A DNA stretch of 64,000 nt from positions 20,338 to 84,337 of the forward strand of contig MGUI01000015.1 in assembly GCA_001799895.1 (NCBI GenBank). Reading direction: 5' to 3'. Below are positions 38,282 through 47,999 of the stretch, piece after piece (the stretch's first letter is position 1; each line of letters begins with the position of its first letter). The DNA is from Elusimicrobia bacterium GWD2_63_28. Its GTDB lineage: Bacteria > Elusimicrobiota > Elusimicrobia > Elusimicrobiales > UBA9959. Below the pieces are notes generated by a model. That model was given only the letters and a program-made list of their open reading frames with translations, was not told where the DNA came from and did no database searches. Position numbers and translations under genes: made by a program.

Positions 38282-39475
38282 CTACTTCTTCTTCAGCGCC
38301 TCTATCAGCTTGGGCACTATCTCGTGCGCGTCGCCCACTATGCCGTACTTGGCGACGTTGAAGATAGGGGCGTTGGGGTCCTTGTTGACCGCGATGATGA
38401 CGTCCGAGGCCTTCATGCCCACTATATGCTGCACCGCGCCCGAGATGCCGAAAGAGAGGTAGAGCTTGGGCGACACCGTGGTGCCGCTCTGGCCCACCTG
38501 GTGCGTCTTTTCCTTGAAGCCCAGGTCCACGGCCGCGCGCGAGGCGCCCACCACGCCGCCCAGCAGCTTCGACAGCTCCTCGAGCTGCTTGAACTTCTCC
38601 TTGGTCTTCATGCCGCGGCCGCCGGAAACGACGATATTGGCGTTCTCTATCTTCACCGCGCCGGCGTCGTGCGCTATCTTGCGCTCCAGCACCTTCACGC
38701 GGCGCAGGCTCTTATCGAGCTTGGCGGGCTCGCGCACCACCAGGGCGGTGCGGCCCAGCACCGGCTCCGCCATCTTCATAACGTTGGGGCGCACGGTGGA
38801 CATCTGCGGTCTGGAATTGGGGGCCAGGATGTCGGCCATGATGTTGCCGCCGAAGGCCGGCCGGCTCTGCAGCAGCAATCCGTCCTTGATGGCCAGCGCC
38901 GTGCAGTCAGCCGTAAGCCCGACGTAAAGCGTGGAGGCCACGCGCGGGGCCAGGTCGCGCCCCTGGATGGTGGCGCCGTAGAGCATGGAGGACGGCTTGT
39001 GCCGGTTCACCAGCCCCACGATGACCGTGGAGAAGACGTCGGTGTTGTACTCGAACAGCTCGTCGTGCTCCACCATGTAGACCTTGTCCGCGCCGTAGGC
39101 GCCGAGGTCTTTCTCGTAATTGTGGTTTTTATCCGTCAGCAGCACGGCGCAGAGGTCCTCGCCGAGCTCGTCGGCGAGGCGCCGGCCGGCCGACAGCAGC
39201 TCGAAGGTGACGGGTTTGATCTTCTTCTGCGCCTTGTCGCCGGTCTCGGTCAGCTCGACGTAGACCCAGACGCCCTTGTAGCCGGAGAAGTCCTTGGCCG
39301 AGGCTTCCTCGCGGGTGATGGTGATGGCCTGCACCGGGCAGACCTGCACGCAGGCGCCGCACAGCGTGCAGGCCTCGTTCATCACCGCCTTCTTGTCTAT
39401 CATGTTGATCGCCGCGAAAGGGCAGACCGGCACGCACTTGGCGCAGCCTATGCATTTTTTGGAAACTTCTATCAT
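38282..39475 (-). CDS. etfA: Electron transfer flavoprotein alpha subunit with N-terminal 2x[4Fe-4S] ferredoxin domain
   Basis: 397 aa. CIGCAKCVPVCP and CTLCGACVQVCP, then an EtfA body ending in the FAD-binding GISGAVQHIVGM motif. AGGAGA SD. Confidence 0.9.
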   Translation of the reverse strand: MIEVSKKCIGCAKCVPVCPFAAINMIDKKAVMNEACTLCGACVQVCPVQAITITREEASAKDFSGYKGVWVYVELTETGDKAQKKIKPVTFELLSAGRRLADELGEDLCAVLLTDKNHNYEKDLGAYGADKVYMVEHDELFEYNTDVFSTVIVGLVNRHKPSSMLYGATIQGRDLAPRVASTLYVGLTADCTALAIKDGLLLQSRPAFGGNIMADILAPNSRPQMSTVRPNVMKMAEPVLGRTALVVREPAKLDKSLRRVKVLERKIAHDAGAVKIENANIVVSGGRGMKTKEKFKQLEELSKLLGGVVGASRAAVDLGFKEKTHQVGQSGTTVSPKLYLSFGISGAVQHIVGMKASDVIIAVNKDPNAPIFNVAKYGIVGDAHEIVPKLIEALKKK

Positions 39476-39501
39476 CGTATCTCCTGATCTCTAAAATTGT
39501 C

Positions 39502-40293
39502 TTACTCGCCCGTGAAATGCTCGCTCTTCATGATCTCCAGGATCTTCGCCACGCCTTCCTGGCCGGAGCCGGAGAACATGGCCGCCTTACCGCGCTGCGG
39601 GGGCGGGTAGATCTTGCTGACCTGCGTGGGCGAGCCCTTCAGGCCCAGGTACTGCGCCTCGGCGCCGATGTCTTCGGCGTTCCAGACGTGGAACGGCTTC
39701 TTCAGCGAGCCGTTCACGGCCAGGAACGACGGGTGCTGCGGGGCGTAGTCCTTACCCATGATCATCGTGACCAGCACCGGGGGCCGGGCCTCCAGCAGCT
39801 CGTGGCCGCCGTCTATCTGCTTGCGGGCCAGCACGCGGCGGCCGTCCACGTCGACGTGCTCGCAGAAGGTCACCTGGGGGATGCCCAGCTGCTGCGCCAC
39901 GCCGGGGCCGGTCTGCGCGGTGTCCCCGTCGATAGCCTGCATGCCCGCGAAAATGATGTCGACCTTGCCGACCTTCTTTATGCCCTTGGCCAGGGCATAG
40001 GAGGTGGCCCAGGTGTCCGAGCCGGCGAAGGCCATGTCGGAGAGCAGCACGCCCTCGTCGGCGCCCAGCGCCAGGGCCAGCTGCACCACGGCCTTGGCCT
40101 GCGGCGGGCCCATCGAGACCACGGTCACCTTGAAGCCGTGCTTCTTCTTGAGGGCCAGCGCGGCCTCCAGGGCGAAATGGTCGTAAGGGTTGAGGATGCT
40201 GGGCACGCCCGCGCGGATCAGGGTGCCCGTCTCGGGGTTGATCTTTACTTCAGTTGAATCCGGAACCTGCTTGATGAGTACTGCTATGTTCAT
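39502..40293 (-). CDS. etfB: Electron transfer flavoprotein beta subunit
   Basis: 263 aa. MNIAVLIKQVPD start, with the full-length EtfB/FixA pattern. Confidence 0.9.
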   Translation of the reverse strand: MNIAVLIKQVPDSTEVKINPETGTLIRAGVPSILNPYDHFALEAALALKKKHGFKVTVVSMGPPQAKAVVQLALALGADEGVLLSDMAFAGSDTWATSYALAKGIKKVGKVDIIFAGMQAIDGDTAQTGPGVAQQLGIPQVTFCEHVDVDGRRVLARKQIDGGHELLEARPPVLVTMIMGKDYAPQHPSFLAVNGSLKKPFHVWNAEDIGAEAQYLGLKGSPTQVSKIYPPPQRGKAAMFSGSGQEGVAKILEIMKSEHFTGE

Positions 40294-40308
40294 TAGGTGT
40301 CTCCTAAA

Positions 40309-41949
40309 TTATTTCGCCTTGAACGTCTGCTTGAGCTTGGCGGCCACCAGGTCCATGTCGGCGATCATGCCTTTCTGCTCGGCCTGGACGGCCTCCAGGT
40401 TGACCGCGTCGGCGAGGTTACCCGCCTGGTCGGCGGCGCCCAGCACCAGCGCCAGGCCCTCCACGCAGGTGGAGAGCGCGGCCTCGCGCGCGAACACGCG
40501 GGCCATGGCCTGCCAGCCCTCGCGGTCGAAGCGGACGGTTTCGGTGTACTTCTCCGCCGCGGCGGCGGTGGAGAAGATGGCGGCGGTCTCGGCCGCGGCT
40601 ATCATCTTGCCCAGCTTGAAGGTGACGTGCTGGTGGCGCGTGAGCTTCTGCACGCGGCACTCTTCCATGATGGCGCCCAGGGCCCGCAGGCCCAGCGCGG
40701 CGGCGTGCGCCCCGGCGCCGGGAACCTTCGCGTGCAGCTCGTCGAGCCGGTCCGCCTGGTCCATGTAATACCTGCCGCGGGATTTAAGGTGCTCCTGCCA
40801 GCGGCCGCGGTAGATGGTCATCTCCAGCACCTCGCTGGTGCCCTCGTAGATGCAGGTGATCTTGATGTCGCGCTTGATCTTCTCTACGGGGAAGTCCTTG
40901 GTGTAGCCGTAGCCGCCCAGCGCCTGGATGGCGTCGTCGGCGGCTTTGTTGCCCCACTCGGAGGCCCCGTACTTGGCGATGGCGCCCTCGGTCTGCAGGC
41001 CGTGTTCTCCGGAGTCGAGCCGCAGGGATGTGAACTCGATATAGGAGCGGGCGCCTTCCATGCGCACGTAGTTGGGCACCAGCAGCTTGTGGGTGTAGCC
41101 CTGCTTGTCGGACAGCGGCCCGCCGCCCTGTATGCGCTGCTGGCTGTAGCGGATGGCCTGCTCGAGGGCTTCCTCGCCCGCGCCGAGGCCGAAGGCGGCC
41201 ACCATCACGCGGGTGTAGCCGAACACGGCCTGGGCCTGCAGCAGGCCTTTGCCCTCTTCCATGCCGATGAGGTTCTCCGCGGGGACGTAAACATTGTCGA
41301 GCGACAGCCCGGCGGTATTGGACAGGCGGATGCCGTGCTTGTCCTCGTGCTTGTTGGGCGAGAAGCCTTCCATGCCCTTCTCCACGATGAACCAGGACGG
41401 GCCGCCCGGGGCCATGGCCAGCACGGTGTGCATGTCTGCCACGCCGCCGTTGGAGATCCACTGCTTGTTGCCGGTGATGCGGTAGCCGGCTATCTTGCCG
41501 TTCTTCACCACGTGCTCGGCGCGCGTTCGCAGGTTCACCAGGTCGGAGCCCGCGTCGGGCTCGGTGGCGGCGTAGGCCACCAGCAAATTCTCGGAAGCTA
41601 TGCGCTTGAGCCACTTCTCTTTCTGCTCTTCGGTGCCGCCCACGTTGAGCGGGTCGGTGCCGAGGAAGGTGGCGAACACGCCGGTGGCGATGCCCAGGTC
41701 TATGCGGGCCAGCTGCTCGCAGACCCGGTAGATGTCGTAGGTGCCGCCGGAGACGCCGCCGTATTCCTCGGGGATCATCAGCAAATGCACGCCCAGCGTA
41801 TCGCGGTCGTACATCTCCTTCAGTATCTGGGCCGGAAATTCGTTCTTCTCATCCAGCTCGCGGATCAGGTCGTAGGGGATGCGCCGCTTGGCGTATTCCT
41901 TGAGGCTGTCCAGCATCAGGTTGCGTGAAATAACGTCCATGCTTGCCAT
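40309..41949 (-). CDS. Acyl-CoA dehydrogenase with ~160-aa C-terminal extension
   Basis: 546 aa. ACAD motifs (TEPDAGSD, WISNGG, YEGTSEVL catalytic-base region). Operon with etfBA. Confidence 0.9.
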   Translation of the reverse strand: MASMDVISRNLMLDSLKEYAKRRIPYDLIRELDEKNEFPAQILKEMYDRDTLGVHLLMIPEEYGGVSGGTYDIYRVCEQLARIDLGIATGVFATFLGTDPLNVGGTEEQKEKWLKRIASENLLVAYAATEPDAGSDLVNLRTRAEHVVKNGKIAGYRITGNKQWISNGGVADMHTVLAMAPGGPSWFIVEKGMEGFSPNKHEDKHGIRLSNTAGLSLDNVYVPAENLIGMEEGKGLLQAQAVFGYTRVMVAAFGLGAGEEALEQAIRYSQQRIQGGGPLSDKQGYTHKLLVPNYVRMEGARSYIEFTSLRLDSGEHGLQTEGAIAKYGASEWGNKAADDAIQALGGYGYTKDFPVEKIKRDIKITCIYEGTSEVLEMTIYRGRWQEHLKSRGRYYMDQADRLDELHAKVPGAGAHAAALGLRALGAIMEECRVQKLTRHQHVTFKLGKMIAAAETAAIFSTAAAAEKYTETVRFDREGWQAMARVFAREAALSTCVEGLALVLGAADQAGNLADAVNLEAVQAEQKGMIADMDLVAAKLKQTFKAK

Positions 41950-41978
41950 TCAATAACTCCTTGGGTCGCTAAAAAAAC

Positions 41979-43469
41979 TTAAGCCTTCACCGCTTCGCAG
42001 GATGCTATGTAGCCCTTCACCTCGGCGGTGATCTTCTCTCCGAAGGCCTTGTCTTCGAGGCCTTCCGCGTTTATGAAAACGTTCTCCGCGGCGCAGCGCA
42101 CGGCCGCCTCCAGCAGGTAGCGGGCGCTGCGGTAGTCGCTCATCACGTGGGGAGAGACGGAGCCTTGGCAGACCGTCAGGCCGGCCATGGCCTCGGAGGC
42201 CAGGCGGGCGGTCTTGAGCGGCACTTCGGCCGCGTGTTTCAGGGCGGCCTGCATCTTCACCTTGCGCTCCGGATTGTCCTTGGGGATCTTCATGGCTTCC
42301 ATGAAAACGTCGAAGGAAGCGGAATCCTCGGAGACGCAGGTCATCAGCGCGGCCTTGTGGGCGCCCAGGCGGTCGTTGAGTTCGCGCAGGGCCGGCTTTT
42401 TGGCCTCGTCGAGCTTCTTGCTGCGCAGGGTGATGCCGAGGGCCATCTGGCCGAGGGCGCAGCCCATGGCGCCGCTGACGCCGGCCGCCGAGCCTCCGCC
42501 GGGGGTGGGCTCGGTGTTGGCGAGCGCGTCCACGAAGAGGCCCGCTCCGGCCTGCCAGGAGCTCAGCAGCTTCAATAGTTTGGTCTCGAGCACCTGCTCT
42601 TCCTTCTTGAAATCCTTCACCTGCAGGTTCTCCACCGCGTAGTCGGTCAGGGCGTCCTGCGTGGTCAGGCCGATGAGCTCGGTGCCGGTGACGGCAATGC
42701 CCTTGGGCCCCAGGTCCTTCTGCAGCTCGTCCATCACGCGCTTGATGGAGGTGGTCTTGTAGTCGGTGAGCACGGTAGACATCTGCACCTGGCCCTTGCT
42801 CTCCAGGAAGATTTCCTTGGCGCGCAGGGCCGGCAGGCCGCCGCCCGAGGTGCGGATCTTCTTGGCCAGGGCCTTGGAGAACTCCATGTCGGTGGTGGCC
42901 AGGTTGACGTTGAAATTGACGATCTGGTTGCGGGCGCCCACGGCCATGGCGCCGGCGGTGGGATGGATGTGGTTGGGCCCGAAGTCCGGCACGCGCTCGG
43001 GGTCCTTGCCTATCACTTCCCTCAGGCCCTCGAACTGGCCTTTGCGCACCTTGGCCAGGTCCTTGCGGTGCTCGAATTTGGCGGCGCGGTCGTAGAGGTA
43101 CACCGGGATGTTCAGCTCGCGGCCGATGCGCTCGGCGGCCTTTTCGGCCAGCGCTATGCAGTCCTCTATCGTGGAATCCATGATCGGGATGAACGGGGCT
43201 ACGTCGGTGGCGCCCATGCGGGGATGTTCGCCCTTGTGGTGGTTGAGGTCTATAAGCTGGGCGGCCTTTTTGGTGACCGCGAACATGGCGTCGGCGGCGG
43301 TTTCCACGGGGGCCATGAAGGTGAGCACGGTGCGGTTATGGTCGGCGTCCTTCTCCACGTCGAGAATGAGCACTCCGGGCACGGCCCTGGCGGCGTCCAC
43401 GATGGCGTTAATCTTTGAGAGGTCGCGGCCTTCGCTGAAATTGGGAACACATTCTACGAATTTACCCAT
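41979..43469 (-). CDS. ftcD: Bifunctional glutamate formimidoyltransferase / formimidoyltetrahydrofolate cyclodeaminase
   Basis: KFVECVPNFSEGRD N-terminus, a transferase domain, then a cyclodeaminase domain (TPGGGSAAGVSGAMG). I prefer ATG 43469 (GGAGGA SD) over the track start 43508. Confidence 0.9.
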   Translation of the reverse strand: MGKFVECVPNFSEGRDLSKINAIVDAARAVPGVLILDVEKDADHNRTVLTFMAPVETAADAMFAVTKKAAQLIDLNHHKGEHPRMGATDVAPFIPIMDSTIEDCIALAEKAAERIGRELNIPVYLYDRAAKFEHRKDLAKVRKGQFEGLREVIGKDPERVPDFGPNHIHPTAGAMAVGARNQIVNFNVNLATTDMEFSKALAKKIRTSGGGLPALRAKEIFLESKGQVQMSTVLTDYKTTSIKRVMDELQKDLGPKGIAVTGTELIGLTTQDALTDYAVENLQVKDFKKEEQVLETKLLKLLSSWQAGAGLFVDALANTEPTPGGGSAAGVSGAMGCALGQMALGITLRSKKLDEAKKPALRELNDRLGAHKAALMTCVSEDSASFDVFMEAMKIPKDNPERKVKMQAALKHAAEVPLKTARLASEAMAGLTVCQGSVSPHVMSDYRSARYLLEAAVRCAAENVFINAEGLEDKAFGEKITAEVKGYIASCEAVKA

Positions 43470-43549
43470 AGGTCCTCCGTGGCGGCGGGCGCCGTATAAT
43501 ATATACATAATTAAACAAAATTATGAGGTAGCGGAAAAGGCCGTAAAAT

Positions 43550-43578
43550 GCGATAACCCCCTTTTGGGGGGTTATCGC
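43550..43578 (-). terminator. Rho-independent terminator after the OMP gene
   Basis: GCGATAACCCCC / GGGGGTTATCGC, a 12-bp perfect stem with a 5-nt loop. On the minus strand it is followed by ATTTTAC. Confidence 0.7.
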
Positions 43579-43657
43579 TCTCCCTTGTTTCGGGGAGTTC
43601 ACAGTTGGAGGCCGATATACGGCGTCCATCTATATTATAGCAGATGCCATTGACTTG

Positions 43658-44302
43658 TCAAGGGGCCTTGCGCTTTTTCCAGACCCCGTAGGTCAAGGTG
43701 AACATGGCGTTCAGGCTGTCGGCGGAACCCAGGTCCAGCCTGGCGCCGCTGACATTGAACACGTGGTGCCAGCGCAGGTCCAGCGCCAGCCGGGTATCGA
43801 ACAGGAACGGGTAAGAAACCCCGCCGCCGAGGTTGACGCCGCCGCTGGAGCCGGAATCCGAGCCGTAGCGGACGCCGCCGGCGGTGTAGGCCTGCTGCCG
43901 CCACTGGTAAACGCCGGCGCCCAGGACGCCGTAAAAGATCTTGTTCCCCTCCGGGAAGGAGGCCTTGACAAAGGGGGTCAGCGACAGCAGTTTGACCTGC
44001 ATGCCGTCCACGCCGAGGTTCAGGTAGCGCGCGCCATAAAAGGTCTCGGCGCCGTAGCTCAGCACCTCGTCCACCCTTTTAGACACGGCCAGGCTGAGGG
44101 CCTGCGACGTCTTGAAGCCGTCGCTCCCGTCGCCCCAGTGCCCGCCTATGGGCCTGCTCCAGCCCAGGCCGGCCGAGATATAGCCGGCCAGGTAGCGCGA
44201 GGGCGGCGGCAGCTCTCCCAGGTCCGGCAGGTCGGGCAGCACCTGCGCGCGCGCAGGCCCGGCCAGGCAGGCCAGCAGCAGGGCTCCGGCGGCCAGCCGC
44301 AT
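43658..44302 (-). CDS. Outer-membrane beta-barrel protein (OmpA-like/OmpW-like small barrel)
   Basis: 214 aa. Signal peptide MRLAAGALLLACLAGPARA, alternating aromatic/Gly-rich strands, and a C-terminal aromatic-rich strand (TLTYGVW) before a basic tail. Confidence 0.6.
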   Translation of the reverse strand: MRLAAGALLLACLAGPARAQVLPDLPDLGELPPPSRYLAGYISAGLGWSRPIGGHWGDGSDGFKTSQALSLAVSKRVDEVLSYGAETFYGARYLNLGVDGMQVKLLSLTPFVKASFPEGNKIFYGVLGAGVYQWRQQAYTAGGVRYGSDSGSSGGVNLGGGVSYPFLFDTRLALDLRWHHVFNVSGARLDLGSADSLNAMFTLTYGVWKKRKAP

Positions 44303-45378
44303 CAGCGGGGCTCCACGCCGATGCCCGCCTTCACGCGGTCCAGCGAGTAAACCCCGTCGGAGGAAAGGAATGCGGGCCGGCGCAGGCCGCTGTCCTTGAT
44401 GAAGAAAGGCGTGTCAAGGTCTATGAAATCGAAGCCGCCCAGGCCGGCGGCGAACTGGGCCGCGGCGCAGGAGGCCAGCTCGCTCTCCACCATCTCGCCC
44501 ATCATCAGCTTTATGCCCTTGGCGCGGGCCAGGGCCCACACCTCGCGGGCGCGCAGGAAGCCGAGCTTGGTGAGCTTGATATTGACGGCCGTGACCGCGT
44601 TGCGGCGGATCAGGTTGAAGACGTCGTCGAGGGAATAGGCGGACTCGTCGGCGCAGACCGGCATCGGCAGCCGCCGGGACAGGTAGGCCAGACCGTCGAA
44701 ATCGTCCTTCTTCACCGGCTGTTCCACCACCTCGGGGGTTATGCCGCGCCGCATCAGTTCCTTGACGAACTTCTCGGCTTCTTTGGCGGTATAGGCGCAG
44801 TTGGCGTCCAGGTAGACGGCGCAGCCGGGCGCGGCCCGGCGCACTGACTCCAGCCGCCGGTAGTCCTCGTCCATGTCCACCCCGGTCTTGATCTTGAAGA
44901 TGCGGAAGCCGCGGGCCCGCATTTTCCTGGTAAATTCGTACGCGGCGTCCGCGCCGCCTATCACCACGGTCACGTCTGTCTTGACGGCGGGCATCCGCCC
45001 GCCGAAAAATTTCCACAGCGACACGCCCTGCAGGCGCGTGGACAGGTCCAGCACGGCCATCTCGGCGGCGGCCAGCGCGGCCCGGTTGCCCTCCAGCAGG
45101 CGCTCCAGGCGGCAAAGGGCCCCGAGGTAATCAGAGGCGTCCAGCCCCGACAGCAGTTCCCCCGCCTTCGCCAGGCTGCGCATGGTGCGCTCGCGGGTCT
45201 CGCCGGTGATGTGGGTGGCAATGGCGGCCTCGCCGTAGCCCTTTACCCCGCCGGCGGCCTCCAGCGTGAACAGGGCGTTCGTCATGCTCTTGTGGCTGCC
45301 GCTGGAGATGGTGAACGGCGTGAACAGCTCCGCGTCCAGCTTCCTGACGGAATATTTTTTTATCAGCGAGTCTTTCAT
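44302..45378 (-). CDS. Dipeptide epimerase (L-Ala-D/L-Glu epimerase type, enolase superfamily)
   Basis: Starts MKDSLIKKYSVRKLDAELFTPFTISSG. Contains FKIKTG, LDANCAY, VEQPV and ADES metal/catalytic motifs. ATG 45378 forms an ATGA overlap with the upstream GT4 gene. The 707-aa track ORF is this gene plus a spurious upstream read-through. Confidence 0.8.
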   Translation of the reverse strand: MKDSLIKKYSVRKLDAELFTPFTISSGSHKSMTNALFTLEAAGGVKGYGEAAIATHITGETRERTMRSLAKAGELLSGLDASDYLGALCRLERLLEGNRAALAAAEMAVLDLSTRLQGVSLWKFFGGRMPAVKTDVTVVIGGADAAYEFTRKMRARGFRIFKIKTGVDMDEDYRRLESVRRAAPGCAVYLDANCAYTAKEAEKFVKELMRRGITPEVVEQPVKKDDFDGLAYLSRRLPMPVCADESAYSLDDVFNLIRRNAVTAVNIKLTKLGFLRAREVWALARAKGIKLMMGEMVESELASCAAAQFAAGLGGFDFIDLDTPFFIKDSGLRRPAFLSSDGVYSLDRVKAGIGVEPR

Positions 45379-46517
45379 GATTTCTCCCCGGTGGTGAGTT
45401 CCCTGCCCAGCAGCATCAGCACGATCACTATCAAGAATATCAGCACGCTCTGCGCCAGCAGCAGCCAGGTGCCGGCGGTGGACGCGGTGTGGCGGATGGT
45501 CCAGGCCCCGAGCCCCAGGCAGACATTGAGCAGCATTATGAACCCCACGGTCTGCGGCACGTCGAGCCCCAGCTTCATCAGGCGGTGGTGAAAATGGTCC
45601 TTGCCGGTGTATTCCAGCCATTCTTTGACGCCGGCCACGCTGCCGTTGCGTATCCGAGAGACGGTGGTGTAGATGATGTCGAAGATGGGAATGCCCAGCA
45701 CCAGCAGCGGCGTGGAGAAGGCCACCGCCGGGTTGTCCGTGGCCCAGCTGCCATAGAGGGCCAGGCAGCCCAGGATGAAGCCGATGAAGGTGGAGCCGGA
45801 ATCGCCGAGGAAGATCTTCGCGGGGCGCCAGTTCATGCGCAGGAAGCCCACACAAGCGCCGGCCAGGGCGGCCGAGATGAACGAGAGCGGGAACTGGTTG
45901 GAGTTCCAGCCGATGCCCAGGAACAGCAGCGCGCAGACCGCCCCCATCGTAGAGGCCAGGCCGTCGATACCGTCCATAAAATTGAAGGCGTTTATTATCC
46001 CCACCAGCCAGACGACGGAAAGCAGTACGGAAAGGACCTGGCCGAAGGGCAGGCTGAGCGGGAAGCTCAGGCGCAGGCCGAAGAAGGTCACCACCAGCGC
46101 CGCCGCCGTCTGCCAGAACAGGCGGGTCCGGGCGGAGAGGCCCTTCCAGTCGTCTAAGAAGCCCAGGACGAAGATTATCGTACCGCCGAGCATTATGCCC
46201 AGGATCTCCCTGGAGAACTGCTGGTTGCGCAGCAGGGCCGCCATAAAGGCCAGGTAAATGGCCACGCCCCCGGTGCGCGGGATGGGGGTGTCGTGCACCT
46301 TGCGCGCGGAAGGCAGGTCCAGCGCCCCTATCTTCAAGGCCAGCCAGGCGCTGGCCGGGGCCAGCAAAAACACCGCGGACATGGCGATCAGGAAAAGGTA
46401 GAGCCAGCGCAGGCCCTCGGTCCACGTCCAGGCGGAGAAGCCGCCCGGCGGCAGCAGCGCCAGCAGCACGGCCAGCACCGCGAAGGAGAAGAAGCCGCCC
46501 TGGCGCTTAATAGTCAC
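45375..46517 (-). CDS. Polyprenyl-phosphate N-acetylhexosamine-1-phosphate transferase (WecA/MraY family, GT4)
   Basis: 380 aa, ~10 TM. FLDDWKGL and NAFNFMDGIDGL motifs. The GTG start is uncertain. Confidence 0.8.
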   Translation of the reverse strand: MTIKRQGGFFSFAVLAVLLALLPPGGFSAWTWTEGLRWLYLFLIAMSAVFLLAPASAWLALKIGALDLPSARKVHDTPIPRTGGVAIYLAFMAALLRNQQFSREILGIMLGGTIIFVLGFLDDWKGLSARTRLFWQTAAALVVTFFGLRLSFPLSLPFGQVLSVLLSVVWLVGIINAFNFMDGIDGLASTMGAVCALLFLGIGWNSNQFPLSFISAALAGACVGFLRMNWRPAKIFLGDSGSTFIGFILGCLALYGSWATDNPAVAFSTPLLVLGIPIFDIIYTTVSRIRNGSVAGVKEWLEYTGKDHFHHRLMKLGLDVPQTVGFIMLLNVCLGLGAWTIRHTASTAGTWLLLAQSVLIFLIVIVLMLLGRELTTGEKS

Positions 46518-46550
46518 GCCGGCGGCCTCCCCCTGGGAAAACTTTTTTTA

Positions 46551-47177
46551 TCATTTGCAGGAGAGCAGGTGGTCGAGCAGCAGGCGGCGCGGGACGAACC
46601 CCTCCGCGTACTTGACCCGGTCCTGGTAGCCGCGGAACATGGCGGCGGCCTTGGCGCTCTCGACGATGGAGAGGTCCTTGACCCGCGTCTTGTACACCTG
46701 CGAGCGGTGGCATTTCAGCAGCGCCACCTTGTCATTGATCACGGGCCCGATGTCTACGAACACCCCGGGGTTGAAGTCCAGCGTGGTCGGCACCTCGTAG
46801 AACAGCAGGTTTTTGGTGTAGCGGGCCGCGGTCTCCACGGCCTTGGCCACGTTGCGGTGGTCCTGGTGCGTGTCCGAGGCGTAGTTCACGAAAATCATGT
46901 CGGGCTTGACGGCCTCTATGCGCTCTTCCACGGCGCGGATCAGCTCGCGGGTGACAGTGACGCCGGTATCCTCAAAACCGCCCCAGTACAGCTTGGCCTT
47001 CAGCATGGCGGCCGAGCGCTCCTGCTCGGCGAAGCGCACCTTGGGGTCGCCGCCCACGGAGCCGCGCGTCATCACCAGCAGGCTGATCTTGTGGCCGTGC
47101 GAGGCCAGCTTGTGGAAGGTGCCGCCGCAGCCGAATTCCAGGTCGTCGGGATGGGGGCCAATGCCCAGTATTTTCAT
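46551..47177 (-). CDS. PIG-L/LmbE family N-acetylglucosaminyl deacetylase
   Basis: 208 aa. PHPDDLEFGCGGT and HQDHRNV zinc-site motifs. AAGGTGA SD. Confidence 0.8.
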   Translation of the reverse strand: MKILGIGPHPDDLEFGCGGTFHKLASHGHKISLLVMTRGSVGGDPKVRFAEQERSAAMLKAKLYWGGFEDTGVTVTRELIRAVEERIEAVKPDMIFVNYASDTHQDHRNVAKAVETAARYTKNLLFYEVPTTLDFNPGVFVDIGPVINDKVALLKCHRSQVYKTRVKDLSIVESAKAAAMFRGYQDRVKYAEGFVPRRLLLDHLLSCK

Positions 47178-47181
47178 AAAT

Positions 47182-47979
47182 TCACCTTGAGCTCTCCACG
47201 CCCTCGGCCACCAGCTCGTCGGTTATGAGCTTGACGCCTTTGGAGTAGGCCGCCAGCATGCTCATGTTGGCGATATTGTTTATCCAGCGCGGTATGCCGC
47301 CGGAGCGCTCGTAGAGCAGCTCCAGCGCTTTCTCGTCGAAGATATTCTCCGCGAGTCCGGCCACTTCCAGGCGGTGGAGGACGTATTTACTGGTCTCTTC
47401 GAAATCAAGCGGCTTCAAGTGACAGCTGAGGGTTACGCGCTGGCTGAACTGCTTGTTGGACTCCAGTTTCTCTTTGAGCTCGGGCTGGCCGCTGAGCAGC
47501 AGCGTGAGCAGGAAGCGGGTCTCGGTCTGGAAATTCAGCAGCAGGCGCAGTTCCTCTAAGACGTTCTCGTCGTTAATCAGCTGCGCCTCGTCGATGGCCA
47601 CCACCACGTGCTTGCCGTCCTGCATGGTATCGCGCAGGAAGCGCTCTATCGCCATCAGCACGTCTTCCTTGGCCTTCGGCACGTTGTAGCCGGTGAAATT
47701 GTGAAGGATGATCTTGAGCAGGCCCAGGTCGTCGAGCCGCGGGTTCTGCACGAAGGAGAAAACATAGCCTTTCTTTTTGAACTGCCGCTCCAGCGCTTTC
47801 AGGAGCAGCGTCTTGCCGGTGCCGTAGGCCCCGGTGATCACCCCGCAGGCCTTCTTCTCGTCCACCACGTAGGAGAGCCGGGAAAAAGCCTCCTCGTGCT
47901 GCCCGGACTCGAAGAAGAACTCGGTGTCGGGCGTGTTTTCGAAAGGGAGTTTCTTCAGGTTCCAATGCTTCTGGTACAT
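47182..47979 (-). CDS. ExeA-like AAA ATPase (general secretion protein A / polysaccharide-locus ATPase type)
   Basis: 265 aa. N-terminal HWNLKKLPFENTPDTEFFFES, Walker A GAYGTGKT, Walker B VVAIDEAQ. No SD, and TATAAT ends 7 nt before the ATG. Confidence 0.75.
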   Translation of the reverse strand: MYQKHWNLKKLPFENTPDTEFFFESGQHEEAFSRLSYVVDEKKACGVITGAYGTGKTLLLKALERQFKKKGYVFSFVQNPRLDDLGLLKIILHNFTGYNVPKAKEDVLMAIERFLRDTMQDGKHVVVAIDEAQLINDENVLEELRLLLNFQTETRFLLTLLLSGQPELKEKLESNKQFSQRVTLSCHLKPLDFEETSKYVLHRLEVAGLAENIFDEKALELLYERSGGIPRWINNIANMSMLAAYSKGVKLITDELVAEGVESSR

Positions 47980-47986
47980 TAAGTAG

Positions 47987-47992
47987 ATTATA
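47987..47992 (-). promoter_or_regulatory. Consensus -10 box (TATAAT) 7 nt upstream of the exeA-like ATG (candidate leaderless transcript)
   Basis: Minus strand reads CGTCCCC-GTTTATATATAAT-CTACTTA-ATG. The -35 position falls inside the arm of palindromic element B (TAGTCA at 18-nt spacing). Confidence 0.4.
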
Positions 47993-47999
47993 TATAAAC

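Noticed and set aside
44302-46425. 707-aa ORF that appears to fuse a large N-terminal region to the dipeptide epimerase.
   Set aside because: The upstream ~350 codons are an alternative frame of the WecA-like gene (45375-46517) and give Pro/Arg/Gly-rich nonsense. The epimerase starts at ATG 45378, with an ATGA overlap.
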